Assembly: GCA_044507735.1 (NCBI GenBank)
Contig: JBIQJB010000009.1
Span: forward strand, 1-64,000
Reading direction: 5' to 3'
Length of the DNA: 64,000 nt
Origin: Nitrosopumilales archaeon
Lineage (GTDB): Archaea > Thermoproteota > Nitrososphaeria > Nitrososphaerales > Nitrososphaeraceae
Below the pieces are notes generated by a model. The model saw nothing but the letters and a program-made list of their open reading frames with translations, searched no databases and was not told the origin of the DNA. The position numbers and the translations under genes were made by a program. Position 1 is the first letter of the stretch, and each line of letters opens with the position of its first letter. Positions 18,876 through 29,210 of this stretch are shown in pieces.

Positions 18876-19415
18876 ATGAAGCCACACATAATTGCGGTTG
18901 CAGCAGCCGCATTCGCCATTTTCTTTGCCACGTCAGTCGGCTATCATGTCGCACCTGTGTACGCCCATCTTGCTAGTAGTGTTGATAGCGGGGCCGCAAT
19001 AAAGAACGTCAACAACAAATACCAGATAGCGTTTCAGCAGTATCCCAAAATCGCAAAAATGGGCGAAAACGCAACGCTGCATTTCACTATCCTCAACAGC
19101 AGCGATAACTCAAACGTACTTGGCGTACATGCCGCGATGCTGATGAAGGAAAAGGATTCCGGCAAGGTTGTCAACCAGATGCCCTACAGATTCTATGAAG
19201 TCGGCGACATTTCTATACCCTACAAATTCGCCAGCAACGAGGATTATGTGGTAACACTGGTAGCAAGGACGAGTGAGGATCCATCTGAGCCGATTGAGGC
19301 GGATTTTGACGTATCTGTGGGCCAAACAATGTCTTCAAATCTACTTCTCATGATGTTCGTGCCATTCGCAGCGGCAGTTGCCGGCGGCCTCATCTTTATG
19401 CTTAGGCGCAAATGA
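18876..19415 (+). CDS. Surface protein: signal peptide, predicted mature N-terminal His, Ig-like domain, C-terminal TM anchor
   Basis: VYA|HLAS cleavage-like site. Ends LLMMFVPFAAAVAGGLIFMLRRK. Starts 1 bp after the upstream stop. Confidence 0.8.
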   Translation: MKPHIIAVAAAAFAIFFATSVGYHVAPVYAHLASSVDSGAAIKNVNNKYQIAFQQYPKIAKMGENATLHFTILNSSDNSNVLGVHAAMLMKEKDSGKVVNQMPYRFYEVGDISIPYKFASNEDYVVTLVARTSEDPSEPIEADFDVSVGQTMSSNLLLMMFVPFAAAVAGGLIFMLRRK

Positions 19416-19741
19416 TCTTGTGCGTTGTGGCATTCATCGTTGATGTCTGTGCCAAAATCTGGTGCAGCATGACACTGTACCGTCAAGTCAATCCTACACT
19501 AGCTTACAAAAGCTGACCTCTGCATTCCTTTTGCCAGTCGCTCTAGATGCGCGTATGTGTGCATGCATGCATGCATGAATACATGTCCGCTGGCCAGCAT
19601 CAGATTGTTTGATATGCTCAGAGGCAGGGGGCAACAGCAGCGGCTGCTATACTATCTGAAAGCCATGTTCTGTCTCCGTTATTTAGCAGGGAGGTGATTG
19701 AATACCTATAAGGTAGGAAATGCAACTATATCATTGCCATC

Positions 19742-20914
19742 TTGTCGTTTCAGATAGGGCATGTCCGAGGCATACCAGTGAGGATACACTTTACACTGGT
19801 TCTGGCATTCTTGCTCATAATGTGGACGCTTGCAGTCGGATTCATGCCCCAGTACTCGCCGGGCCTAACTACTGCGCAATACTGGATCATGGGGGCGGCC
19901 GGCGCGGTAGTATTGTTCTTCTCTGTCTTTGTTCACGAGCTAATGCATTCGGTAGTCGCCATACGTTATGGAATCAAGGTAAGGCAGATCATGCTTTTCA
20001 TCTTTGGCGGCGTGTCTGAAATAACTGAAGAGACGCGAGATTTCAAGAAGGAATTCAACATCGCAATAGCGGGTCCGGCGACCAGCTTTGTGATAGCCGC
20101 CGTGCTTGCGGGGCTGTGGTGGGCCGTGTCAAATACCGATGTCGCCAACTTTCAGCTAATGCTTGCGATGCAGACGATAGAAGGCGTGCTGCTATATGGC
20201 GCAATAATAAACGCGCTGGTAGGCGGGTTCAATCTGATCCCTGCTTTCCCGCTAGACGGCGGCAGGGTGCTGCGCTCCGCCCTTGTCCGGCAGAAAAGGA
20301 GCTTCGACGACGCCACAAGGATCGCTGCTAGGGTGGGCGTCGCAATATCCTACGTGTTCATGGGCATCGGGTTTGTCATAATGCTGACTGGCTCGTTTAT
20401 CAGCGGCATATGGCTGCTGGTGTTAGGATGGTTTCTGAACAGCGGAGCGCAATCGTATCTGCAACAGCACGAGCTCTCCTCATTGCTATCAGGATTGAAG
20501 GTCGGGAATCTCATGAATACTCAGGTCATTGCAGTAAGGGAGGATGTTGCGGTCGATAAATTGCTGCAGGACTATTTTGGGAATTATATGAAAAGCTCTT
20601 TTCCAGTAGTAGATGCTACCGGCCGGCTCTTGGGTATGGTGATGCTCAGGGCCGCAGTACAGGTCCCTGTTGAAAAGAGGCAGCTAACAAGAGCCAGCGA
20701 CATAATGGTCCCTGCCAGCGAACTAGCAATCATGGGACCTGACAGAAAAGCGGACGAAGCATTGCAGCAGATGACCCGGACCCGAATTGGCAAGGTGTTT
20801 GTCTGCGATCCAGATAGAAGGCTGATAGGACTTGTGAGCAAGACTGACATATTGAGCGTTGCCAGCGAGAGGCAGGAATACAGAAAGGGGCTCGAGGGCT
20901 ACACCACTAGGTAA
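19742..20914 (+). CDS. Site-2 protease (M50) with tandem CBS domains
   Basis: HELMH and NLIPAFPLDGGR motifs, plus a C-terminal CBS pair. Confidence 0.95.
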   Translation: MSFQIGHVRGIPVRIHFTLVLAFLLIMWTLAVGFMPQYSPGLTTAQYWIMGAAGAVVLFFSVFVHELMHSVVAIRYGIKVRQIMLFIFGGVSEITEETRDFKKEFNIAIAGPATSFVIAAVLAGLWWAVSNTDVANFQLMLAMQTIEGVLLYGAIINALVGGFNLIPAFPLDGGRVLRSALVRQKRSFDDATRIAARVGVAISYVFMGIGFVIMLTGSFISGIWLLVLGWFLNSGAQSYLQQHELSSLLSGLKVGNLMNTQVIAVREDVAVDKLLQDYFGNYMKSSFPVVDATGRLLGMVMLRAAVQVPVEKRQLTRASDIMVPASELAIMGPDRKADEALQQMTRTRIGKVFVCDPDRRLIGLVSKTDILSVASERQEYRKGLEGYTTR

Positions 20915-20984
20915 TGCATGGCGCAAGTCTGCTTGCATGTGTTCTACAAAAAAGGAGAAGGAAAAAGGAGAAAGGAAGACTATG

Positions 20985-21521
20985 TTAGATGTCGTTCTTG
21001 CCTTCGAGATGGGCCCTCAACATCCACGCCATCTTCTCGTGCTTTTCAACTTTTTCCTGCAAGAAGTTACTCGTCACCATATCGTCATACTTGTCTTCAC
21101 ATTCCTCGACGTTCTTGCGGAGTGTCTGTATGATAGTCTCATGGTCACTCAGGAGGTTTGATATCATTGTCTGTGCATCCGGGTGCTGACCTGGATCCTC
21201 ATTGATGCTTGAATGCCTGACAAATTCGTCCAGTGTGCCTAGTGACTTGGCACCAAGCTGCCTCACTCTCTCTGCAATCCCATCAACCATTTCGTCGAGC
21301 TCTTCGTACTGCTCTTCAAAGAATTCGTGGAGCTGATGGAAACGGGGTCCCACAACGTTCCAGTGATACTTTCTCGTTTTCGTGTAGAGCACATATTCGT
21401 CACACAGCCTCATGTTCAGGATCTCGGCAATCTTTTTCCGAGCATCATCCTTGACTCCGATATCGACCTTGACATCCTTATCCATTACTGCAGTTGCTTC
21501 GGTAGCACTTTTTGATGCCAT
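20985..21521 (-). CDS. dps: Dps-family DNA protection protein (ferritin-like)
   Basis: KTRKYHWNVVGPRFHQLHEFFEEQY, DGIAER and HEKMAWML motifs. Confidence 0.95.
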   Translation of the reverse strand: MASKSATEATAVMDKDVKVDIGVKDDARKKIAEILNMRLCDEYVLYTKTRKYHWNVVGPRFHQLHEFFEEQYEELDEMVDGIAERVRQLGAKSLGTLDEFVRHSSINEDPGQHPDAQTMISNLLSDHETIIQTLRKNVEECEDKYDDMVTSNFLQEKVEKHEKMAWMLRAHLEGKNDI

Positions 21522-21604
21522 GTGCACAATGAGACACAAAATTATTTATGAGATATACAACAAGGTGCCGGACGGCTTATTATGCTTAGTAGCGCAGCTG
21601 ATTC

Positions 21605-22012
21605 ATGGCAAGGAAGAAAGCCACTGCACGCGACGTTGACATGCTTTTTCGGATTGCCGAGCTCTATAACACCGAATATGATTTTTCAGCTGCCGAGTGG
21701 TTCTGGGGGCAGTTCCACGAAAAGACCATAGAAGAATTTACTAGCAAGTATGCGCATGGGAGCAGGGAGTACCAGTATTTTGAGAGGTTTACAAGCAAGT
21801 TTGAGCTCGCGGGTCTTATGGTTGAGCATGGGTTTCTCAGTGCCGATCTGTTCTTTGACCGCTACGGGTCGCTGGAAGCAGAATGGGACAAGTCCAAGCC
21901 CATAATCTATGGTTTGCGGGAAAAGTGGAACGAGCCGCGGCATAGAGAGAACTTTGAGCTCTTGGCAATGGAGGGGAAAAAGTGGCATGAAACACACCCG
22001 CCCAAATTGTGA
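21605..22012 (+). CDS. Hypothetical protein (DUF4760-like helical)
   Basis: 135 aa ORF with FELAGLMVEHG...WDK..PII..LR.....ENFE.L pattern. Confidence 0.7.
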   Translation: MARKKATARDVDMLFRIAELYNTEYDFSAAEWFWGQFHEKTIEEFTSKYAHGSREYQYFERFTSKFELAGLMVEHGFLSADLFFDRYGSLEAEWDKSKPIIYGLREKWNEPRHRENFELLAMEGKKWHETHPPKL

Positions 22013-22140
22013 AGAGCCATTATGGCACTGAACTACCCAATATCCTCCTTCAACACTTAAAACAGATGCGGAGTCACAGGGGCGGCATATGATAAATTCT
22101 GCTTTAACCGAGAAGCTCGTGCAATTCTTTAGCGAATCGC

Positions 22141-22453
22141 TTGCGATGGAACATATGCTGCATCTGTGGACAGCAACATAACGACGATAGACACAATGAC
22201 AGAATTCACAGGGGATTGCATTGTTGCACAGAGAATAATCCAATAATAGTCAACGCAGACGTGAGTGGTGCGTACAATATGTTGATGAAGGTAGCTGCAA
22301 ATGGCTCTTCTTCTCGTGATTGTTCTGAGCACAACAAACAGGAGAGGAGCAGCAGTAGCAGGCATTTGGCTATGCCTCTAATGCTCAGGTGGGAGAAGTA
22401 CCATCGATGGCATTAGGAAGAAGCCCATACTCTTCAGGGTTGGGAGAAGTCAC
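22141..22453 (+). mobile_element. tnpB: IS200/IS605 remnant: TnpB 3' fragment plus right end
   Basis: CCICG...RIHRGLHCC...NADVSGAYNML (Zn ribbon and RuvC-III), then hairpin end GAAGCCCATACTCTTCAGGGTTGGGAGAAGTCAC (22420-22453). Confidence 0.8.
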
Positions 22454-22546
22454 ATGATATCTGGAGTTTTTTTGCGAGATTCAAGTTCAGAGTGATGATA
22501 GTGCGAAATATTATTCATTTATAATTTCGATGGTGCAAAGCTCTCC

Positions 22547-22870
22547 ATGCAAAATCCATCTGATTCCATCGACGACGACCTCCTGCCAGCGGAGAAAATA
22601 GCATTCATTGCTTACAATGTTGGAGTATTTGAGTCCGTGCAAAAGTTTGGCAGCCTCATTATCGCAGGCAAGATAGAAGGAGGAATGGATCCCGCAAACG
22701 TTGCAGAGCTCCTCGAGAATGTACACGCGTTTTACGACTCTGAGATGATTGCACAGCTCGTAAACGGAATGCTGAGGCAGAGTGGAAACACCACCATAGG
22801 CCGGGTGACCGCCGGCCAGGTAGAAAATGTCATCAGGCAGCTAAAGGCTGCCGGTGTGCGGCTCGGCTAG
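22547..22870 (+). CDS. Hypothetical protein
   Basis: Clean 107 aa ORF with TATA-like TTTATAA about 25-30 bp upstream. Confidence 0.75.
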   Translation: MQNPSDSIDDDLLPAEKIAFIAYNVGVFESVQKFGSLIIAGKIEGGMDPANVAELLENVHAFYDSEMIAQLVNGMLRQSGNTTIGRVTAGQVENVIRQLKAAGVRLG

Positions 22871-22989
22871 GAAGAATACTGGTCTTCGCCACCGAGCGAT
22901 TCAAGATAAGCTGAATGACACGCCTTGCACTGGTTCCCGACAAACTCCTTTTCGTCAACTTCCTGCTTACACGTGTTGCACTTTTTCAT
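22867..22989 (-). CDS. 40-aa CxxC/CxxC zinc-finger microprotein
   Basis: MKKCNTCKQEVDEKEFVGNQCKACHSAYLESLGGEDQYSS*. Confidence 0.6.
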   Translation of the reverse strand: MKKCNTCKQEVDEKEFVGNQCKACHSAYLESLGGEDQYSS

Positions 22990-23078
22990 TTTTTGAAAAA
23001 AATTGTGCTGCCATTGATAACTGTTTGCCTGGCAACAATGCATGGGGCGGGAATTCGCTGTGCAGGTAAGCTTGAGGA

Positions 23079-23666
23079 TCAAAGGATGAGTACAGCAGCG
23101 CTGACCACCGTCGTCCAGAGGCCATCCTTGTGACCCTCGGCCGACTTGGTAAAGTTCTGAGTCTTGTAAATCTTGTTTGACAGCCTCCACTGCTCCTCCT
23201 TCTCATTCCATGTCAGGCTTGGGTCGTTCGGCAGCCCGAGAGTGGTGGCCAGCATTTCCATCGCCATGTCCTCAGCATAGTCTCCGGCCTTTTGTGCAGT
23301 TTCACCGGTTGGATGGTGTTCCGACAAGTATCCATGCTGGCTTTCGTCAGCCGGCCTAGCAAGGCCGATGGACGCGCACACTAGTCTATTCGGCTCGTTG
23401 GTAGCAGCCCTTGCCATCACCGCAAACGTCACCTGGCCAGGAAGCAGGCGCCTTCTGCCCTCCTGCCTGCTCACAATCTTGCAGCGGGGAGGCAGGATGC
23501 TTGAAACAGAGACGAGGTTGAGATCAGCTATCTCGGCATCCCTGAGTGCAAGCTCAAAGCTTGTCAGGTAGTCCTTGTGCACGCCTTTGCCTTTTGTAAA
23601 GAACATCATCTTTGGCACATAGAGCGCAGGGTTTGAAGTAGACGATGAATCCTGCTGCAGTTCCAT
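23079..23666 (-). CDS. pdaD: Pyruvoyl-dependent arginine decarboxylase
   Basis: SFELALRDA.I..LNLVSVSSILP containing the Ser-Ser self-cleavage site, and HGYLSEH. Confidence 0.93.
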   Translation of the reverse strand: MELQQDSSSTSNPALYVPKMMFFTKGKGVHKDYLTSFELALRDAEIADLNLVSVSSILPPRCKIVSRQEGRRRLLPGQVTFAVMARAATNEPNRLVCASIGLARPADESQHGYLSEHHPTGETAQKAGDYAEDMAMEMLATTLGLPNDPSLTWNEKEEQWRLSNKIYKTQNFTKSAEGHKDGLWTTVVSAAVLIL

Positions 23667-24095
23667 GAAAAGGATTGGCCGACAAAACAGATTAGGGTTC
23701 TATAATATATAGTCAAGATGGGCCGCCCTGCAGTTTGTCCAAAGCTGTATTATACCGGAAGCGCCTATATGTGGTTGAAAATGATGGAAAATGCAGTCTT
23801 TTTCCGCATTGGCGATGCCCATAGTGAACTCACTAGGAGCATCTGGCTACCCTGCGCTGCAAACCTTCTTGTTTCATGTATTGGATAAGAAGAGTAGACT
23901 CTTCTTGCTTTCAAGCAAAAAGACGTTCTTTGTCATGCTTGCCGCAGTTGTGGCAGAGGTGCTCGAGGAAGTATTCTAGATGGCGGGCGAGTAGGTATCG
24001 GCCGCCTTCATCATCATCCTACTTTTTTTCGATTTTGCATCAAGACCCTCGGTCTAGTTTAATATAATCCGGTCAGCAAAACAAGGCTTGGACTA

Positions 24096-24953
24096 TTGTT
24101 GTTGAAGATCGGGGACGTCAAGATCGGCGGGGCAAGAAGCAAGCTTGTGCCAAAAGTGCTGGGGATCATTAATGCAAGCCCCGAGTCCTTTTACAAGGCG
24201 TCTGTCCGCACAAGCGAGCAGGAGATCGCAGCAGCTGCAAGACAGATGCAGGCCGATGGAGCCCACATCATCGACGTTGGCGCAATGTCTACTGCGCCCT
24301 ATCTTGAGACAGTAATCCCTGTCGAGGAAGAGATCAGGAGGATGAAGATGGCCATCAAGGCTGTGAAAGGCGCATGCGATCTGCCTGTCTCTGCAGATAC
24401 TCCGCGTGCTGCAGTCGCTGAAGAAGCAATAGCGGCCGGAGCCGATGCGATAAACGACGTGACTGGCCTGAAACACGACGGCAAGATGGCAAATGTTGCA
24501 GCAAAGACTGGAGTACCTGTAATAATCGGTGCTTACAGCAAGTCTCCTGCCACGGGCAGGCTCGCAGGCACGGTAAAGGCATTGAAGGAAAGCCTTGCCA
24601 TTGCAAGAAAGGCCGGCATCAAGGAAGCAATAGTCGATCCGTCGATAGGCTTTTTCAGAGAGGAGGGCAAGAATCCTTTCTTTACGAGAATGAATGATGT
24701 GCCGTGGTATGTGCGCGATATCGAAGTGCTCAATAATCTGGAAAAGATTGCCTCGCTGGGGCCCGTGTGCGTGTCTGTATCTAGAAAGTCTTTCATGGGG
24801 CACCTGCTTGGCATAAAGGGGGATGACAGGCTCGTGCCCTCCATCGTGTGCGAAGTGATGGCGGTCATGAACGGCGCAGGGATGATAAGGACGCACAGTG
24901 TCAGAGAAACTGTTTACGCTCTGACGATGCTGCAGTTGTTGAAAGCCCCATAG
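24096..24953 (+). CDS. folP: Dihydropteroate synthase
   Basis: GIINASPESFY, IIDVGAMST.P, INDVTG, DPSIGF, SRKSF and IRTHSV motifs. Confidence 0.93.
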   Translation: MLLKIGDVKIGGARSKLVPKVLGIINASPESFYKASVRTSEQEIAAAARQMQADGAHIIDVGAMSTAPYLETVIPVEEEIRRMKMAIKAVKGACDLPVSADTPRAAVAEEAIAAGADAINDVTGLKHDGKMANVAAKTGVPVIIGAYSKSPATGRLAGTVKALKESLAIARKAGIKEAIVDPSIGFFREEGKNPFFTRMNDVPWYVRDIEVLNNLEKIASLGPVCVSVSRKSFMGHLLGIKGDDRLVPSIVCEVMAVMNGAGMIRTHSVRETVYALTMLQLLKAP

Positions 24954-25004
24954 GAATACCAAACGCTTATAATCCTACGAGCCGACTAGACAGCAAGGGA
25001 ATAG

Positions 25005-26438
25005 TTGGAGATCAGAGAAGGTCTGACATTTGACGACGTACTTCTTGTTCCTAAACGGTCGCCCGTAGTTTCCAGGTTACAGACAGACCTCCGCACAAAG
25101 CTTTCGCGCAACATCACGCTCAACATACCGATCATTAGCGCCAACATGGACACCGTGACAGAGTCGGGAATGGCCGTAGCACTTGCAAGAGAAGGCGGAA
25201 TCGGCATCATACACCGCTTTATGACAATAGAGGATCAGGTTGACGAGATCCTGAAGGTCAAGAGGTCAGAATCTGTAATGATAGAGCAGCCGTACACTGT
25301 CAAGCCGGACATCACTGTTGCGGAAGTGAAAAAGGCGATGGCAGAATATGGCGTTTCAGGATTGCTAGTTGAGGATGGCAGAAAGCTTGTTGGCATAATC
25401 ACCCGGCGCGATATTACTTTTGAAAAGAACAACAAGCGCAAGGTATCAGAGCTTATGACTAAAGAAGTCATAACTGCCAAGGCCGGCACCACAATAGATC
25501 AGGCAAAAGAGATCCTGCACAAGCAGCGCATTGAAAAGCTGCCGATAGTGGACGACAAGCAGAGAATAGTGGGGCTCATCACCAGCAAGGATATTTTGAA
25601 AATGGATCAGTATCCGCACGCGTCAAAGGACAAGAAGGGCAGGCTGTTGGTAGGCGCAGCGGTAGGAGTAAAGGGCGACTACCTGGAGCGTGCAGAGGCC
25701 CTGCTGGAGGCGGGAGCCGACGTGCTGGTCGTTGACATTGCGCATGGCCACAGCGAAAATGCGATAAACACTGTCCAGATGATAAAGAAGGCCTTTCCAA
25801 ACTGTGAACTGATAGCGGGCAACATTGCGACAGGCGAAGGTGCCCGCGACCTCATCAAGGCTGGCGTTGATGCCGTCAAAGTCGGGGTAGGCTCGGGATC
25901 AATATGCATCACAAGAGTCGTGACAGGCTCTGGCGTGCCGCAGTTGACGGCCGTCCTTGATAGCGTCAAGGTCGCTCGTGATTATGATGTTCCGGTAATT
26001 TCTGACGGAGGCGTCCGGACTTCTGGAGACATTACAAAAGCGCTTGCCGCAGGCGCGTCTTCTGTGATGGTGGGCAGCCTCTTTGGAGGAACTGACGAGA
26101 GTCCTGGAAAGACCCTGGTGAAGAACGGCAAGAAATACAAGATGTACCGCGGCATGGCATCGTTCTATGCGTCGCTTGGCCGCAAGTACCGTGAAGAGGG
26201 CCCCGAAGTAGTCGACTCTGACGACCTCAATGACTATGTGCCTGAAGGCGTCGAGGCGATGGTACCCTACAAGGGAAGTGTGGTTGAGATCGTGCGGCAG
26301 CTGGTTGGCGGGCTGAGATCGGGTCTGTCGTACTGTGGCGCCAAGACCATTGCTGAAATGCAAAAGAACGCCGAGTTCATAAAGATGACCTCTGCCGGTT
26401 ACATAGAGAGCCAGCCTCACGACGTTGACCTGATGTAA
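25005..26438 (+). CDS. guaB: IMP dehydrogenase with CBS pair
   Basis: [32 protein letters not shown] and YRGMAS motifs. Confidence 0.97.
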   Translation: MEIREGLTFDDVLLVPKRSPVVSRLQTDLRTKLSRNITLNIPIISANMDTVTESGMAVALAREGGIGIIHRFMTIEDQVDEILKVKRSESVMIEQPYTVKPDITVAEVKKAMAEYGVSGLLVEDGRKLVGIITRRDITFEKNNKRKVSELMTKEVITAKAGTTIDQAKEILHKQRIEKLPIVDDKQRIVGLITSKDILKMDQYPHASKDKKGRLLVGAAVGVKGDYLERAEALLEAGADVLVVDIAHGHSENAINTVQMIKKAFPNCELIAGNIATGEGARDLIKAGVDAVKVGVGSGSICITRVVTGSGVPQLTAVLDSVKVARDYDVPVISDGGVRTSGDITKALAAGASSVMVGSLFGGTDESPGKTLVKNGKKYKMYRGMASFYASLGRKYREEGPEVVDSDDLNDYVPEGVEAMVPYKGSVVEIVRQLVGGLRSGLSYCGAKTIAEMQKNAEFIKMTSAGYIESQPHDVDLM

Positions 26439-26545
26439 TCACAGTCCATTGGTAAACATGGCTCGAAATCTCTTCCGGAGTGAGTACATGTTTTCTCGAA
26501 TCGGGCTCTGTACCTCCTAAATAGTGAGCCATCGTTTGGCTTGTA

Positions 26546-29017
26546 TTGAGCAGGAAGAAAGGGGTAGCAGTTGCCATTATCGCGGTTTTTGCAGTAATTG
26601 GGGGAATGGTGGCTCTTGCAAACATGCCACGACAGGAGGGGTCTAGCCTTGCTCCGTTACTTACAACGATGGACCGGAGCAATGAATCAGAAAACGATAG
26701 CACAGCTACTACAATAACTGAAAAGCCAGAGGAACAGCAGCAGCCGGACGGTACCACCAATGGTTCAGTGAGTGCCGGTAACACCGTCATTGCAAACAAC
26801 ACGACTATCGTGATAAACAAGCCTGTTTACCGCAATAACACGATAATTTACCAGCCAGTCACGATAAACCTTGAGAACTACAAGACAGTCATCAATACCT
26901 CCAGCCACCCTGTGCAGGCGAGCGGTGAAGTGGGGGGAAACAGCCAACCGGACGGCCAGGCAGCAGATACCAACCACAGCATGACTATTACCGCGAAAAG
27001 GATCAAGTCTGAAGGCTGGAGCGATAGATTCATCGACGACCGAACTGGCATGTTTACGGCAGTTTATGATATCCACGGCAATTTGATAGACGCAGGCTAT
27101 GCAGACGAGCGCGGCTTTACCGTGGGCGGCCTTGAAGACAAGCTCTACTTTGTGTTTCCTGCAGACTGCACCGACTGTAACGGATCAAAGAATGATATAA
27201 TGTTCCAGCATTGGGAAGACGGCAGCACTGACAGACCTCGGCTGGTTCCCGCCGACTCGGAGCTTAGCGCCAGCTATAGGTTGGTGGTACCTGAACGGCC
27301 AAAACAAGTTCCTATTACTCCCCCTCCAGGCGAGAATCCGCCAGGCGGAGCGGAGCAAGAAGCAGCTCCTCGAACCGACAACGGGACTGCGAGTGCAACA
27401 GAACCAAAGATAACTCTGGAGGCACAGGATGCAAGATTCGTCTACGGGTGGGTGCAGGTCATTGCGCGCTTACAGAACAAGGTGGACGGCTTTGACCAGA
27501 TTACAATCACGGTGTACAGGCCAGACGGGACGCTGCACGATACCTTCTACTCTGACCAGATGGGATTTTTTGCGTCAAGGGAAGCAGGCGAGGGGGATTA
27601 CAGGATAGTCGCGACCTATGAATACGGTAATGGCACTGCTGAGGCCGAGATCACACACCCGATCAAGTTTGCAACACCTGAATTTTCCAAACTTGCAGTG
27701 ATGGAGGATGATGGCAATGGTACCGTGCGCCTCAATGGCATGCTAGAGAATGGGATTGCAGGCGAGAACATCACTATATCGGTCAAATCGCCAAGTGGAG
27801 GCGAACTAAAGAAGTACCGCTTGAGCTTTGGCACAACACCTGTGTTTACGCTCTTTATCTCTGCTGACGATGTTGATAAGATATTCAAGAGTACCGGCAA
27901 CTACACATTCACAGTCACGCACGTGCCGACCGGCGTAACCGGCAACGCCACCCTGTTCCATGGCGCCCCTGAAACCCAGACAGCGAACGTTGTCCTGAAC
28001 GTCAGCGCCAATACCGGCAGGTCTGTCAATGCGGCGATAGCGGCTCAGGGAAGCAGAGTTTACGCAGTATGGGAAGACGACACTTCGGGCCAGAGTGGAA
28101 TCATGTTTGCAAAAAGTGACGACGGTGGCAAGACATTCGGCGAGCCGGTCACAATAGGCCAGCCAGAAGCGGGCGGCTTTGTGCAGGATCCGGACATCGC
28201 AGTCTCCGGCAACAATGTCTATGTTGTTTGGGCAGACTATGATTCAGGCGAAGCATCGACTGCTGCGTTTGCCATGAGCGCGGACGCCGGAAACACCTTT
28301 GGCAACAAGACTGTACTTGGCGACCGCCTAGGCGAAGGGGCAGATCCGAATGTTGCTGTATTTGGAGGGAACGTATATGTGTCTTGGATAAGAGGTGCAC
28401 AGGAAGAGTTTGCAGGCAATCTGATCATCGCAAGAAGCTCAGATGGAATTGTCTTTGAGGCGGCACAGATGACAGAAAAAGTGGATGCCGTATCGATGAC
28501 CAGCACCGATACCAGTCTGTACCTCACATGGCTGCACTATCCAACCGGCGACAGCTCTGAACAGTCGATCAACTTTGTTGCAAGAAGCGAAAACGGCGTT
28601 GACTTTGAAATAACAGAGGAAGATCCATTCCCCGGAATTGTGGCGACCTCTATTGCAGCTTCACCCAACAATAATAACACGGTCTACGTCGCAGGCTATG
28701 CAAACGATACAGTAATCCTTGCAAAGGGTAACAGTGGCGATATCAACGCCTTTAGCACGACAGAAATTTCCAACGGCACAACAGCGTCTGTGGCCGCTTC
28801 AGGCAACGCCGTGTACCTTGCGTGGGAATGGGATGGGGAAATATTCTTCTCATCAAGCTCTGACCGTGGCGAGACATTCGGCGATCCAGAGAATATCAGC
28901 AACAGCGACGAAATCTCGTACTGGCCAAACGTGGCTGCAGCGAACCAAACTGCGTACATAGCGTGGACGGAAGGAGCTGGATCCAGCTCTGACATACTGG
29001 TAGTGGCAGCAAGTTAG
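26546..29017 (+). CDS. Large membrane-anchored surface protein with C-terminal BNR/Asp-box (sialidase-like) propeller
   Basis: N-terminal TM, Thr/Asn-rich linker with many NxT/S sequons, and Asp-boxes SDDGGKTF, SADAGNTF and SSDRGETF. Confidence 0.85.
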   Translation: MSRKKGVAVAIIAVFAVIGGMVALANMPRQEGSSLAPLLTTMDRSNESENDSTATTITEKPEEQQQPDGTTNGSVSAGNTVIANNTTIVINKPVYRNNTIIYQPVTINLENYKTVINTSSHPVQASGEVGGNSQPDGQAADTNHSMTITAKRIKSEGWSDRFIDDRTGMFTAVYDIHGNLIDAGYADERGFTVGGLEDKLYFVFPADCTDCNGSKNDIMFQHWEDGSTDRPRLVPADSELSASYRLVVPERPKQVPITPPPGENPPGGAEQEAAPRTDNGTASATEPKITLEAQDARFVYGWVQVIARLQNKVDGFDQITITVYRPDGTLHDTFYSDQMGFFASREAGEGDYRIVATYEYGNGTAEAEITHPIKFATPEFSKLAVMEDDGNGTVRLNGMLENGIAGENITISVKSPSGGELKKYRLSFGTTPVFTLFISADDVDKIFKSTGNYTFTVTHVPTGVTGNATLFHGAPETQTANVVLNVSANTGRSVNAAIAAQGSRVYAVWEDDTSGQSGIMFAKSDDGGKTFGEPVTIGQPEAGGFVQDPDIAVSGNNVYVVWADYDSGEASTAAFAMSADAGNTFGNKTVLGDRLGEGADPNVAVFGGNVYVSWIRGAQEEFAGNLIIARSSDGIVFEAAQMTEKVDAVSMTSTDTSLYLTWLHYPTGDSSEQSINFVARSENGVDFEITEEDPFPGIVATSIAASPNNNNTVYVAGYANDTVILAKGNSGDINAFSTTEISNGTTASVAASGNAVYLAWEWDGEIFFSSSSDRGETFGDPENISNSDEISYWPNVAAANQTAYIAWTEGAGSSSDILVVAAS

Positions 29018-29039
29018 CATGGAGATGGGTATGGGAACC

Positions 29040-29173
29040 AGAGAAACTCTGCACGTCGTTTATGGGTGGGATGAATCTCTCTCTCTCTCGTCGTGAATAA
29101 ATCTCATGTACGTAATAACTTACCTTGTTTCGAGGAAGCAATAGGCCCACGAATTTGTTCGTGGGTAGTTTAC
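29040..29173 (+). mobile_element. Orphan IS200/IS605-type right end (non-autonomous remnant)
   Basis: Perfect hairpin CCCACGAA-TTTG-TTCGTGGG (29146-29165) followed by TAGTTTAC. Same layout as 22420-22453. Left boundary approximate. Confidence 0.65.
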
Positions 29174-29210
29174 AAAAGCGCTATATAGCACCGCTCCACG
29201 ACTCTGGACG

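Noticed and set aside
19559-19577. (GCAT)n self-complementary tandem repeat
   Set aside because: Only about four units in an intergenic region, with no evidence of function.
23770-24070. Short ORFs between pdaD and folP
   Set aside because: Overlapping weak frames with no convincing motif or start context.
24093-24962. Long antisense ORFs over folP, and similar ones over guaB, ths, cdc48, the his genes and amt
   Set aside because: They are shadows of well-supported genes on the opposite strand and carry no motifs.
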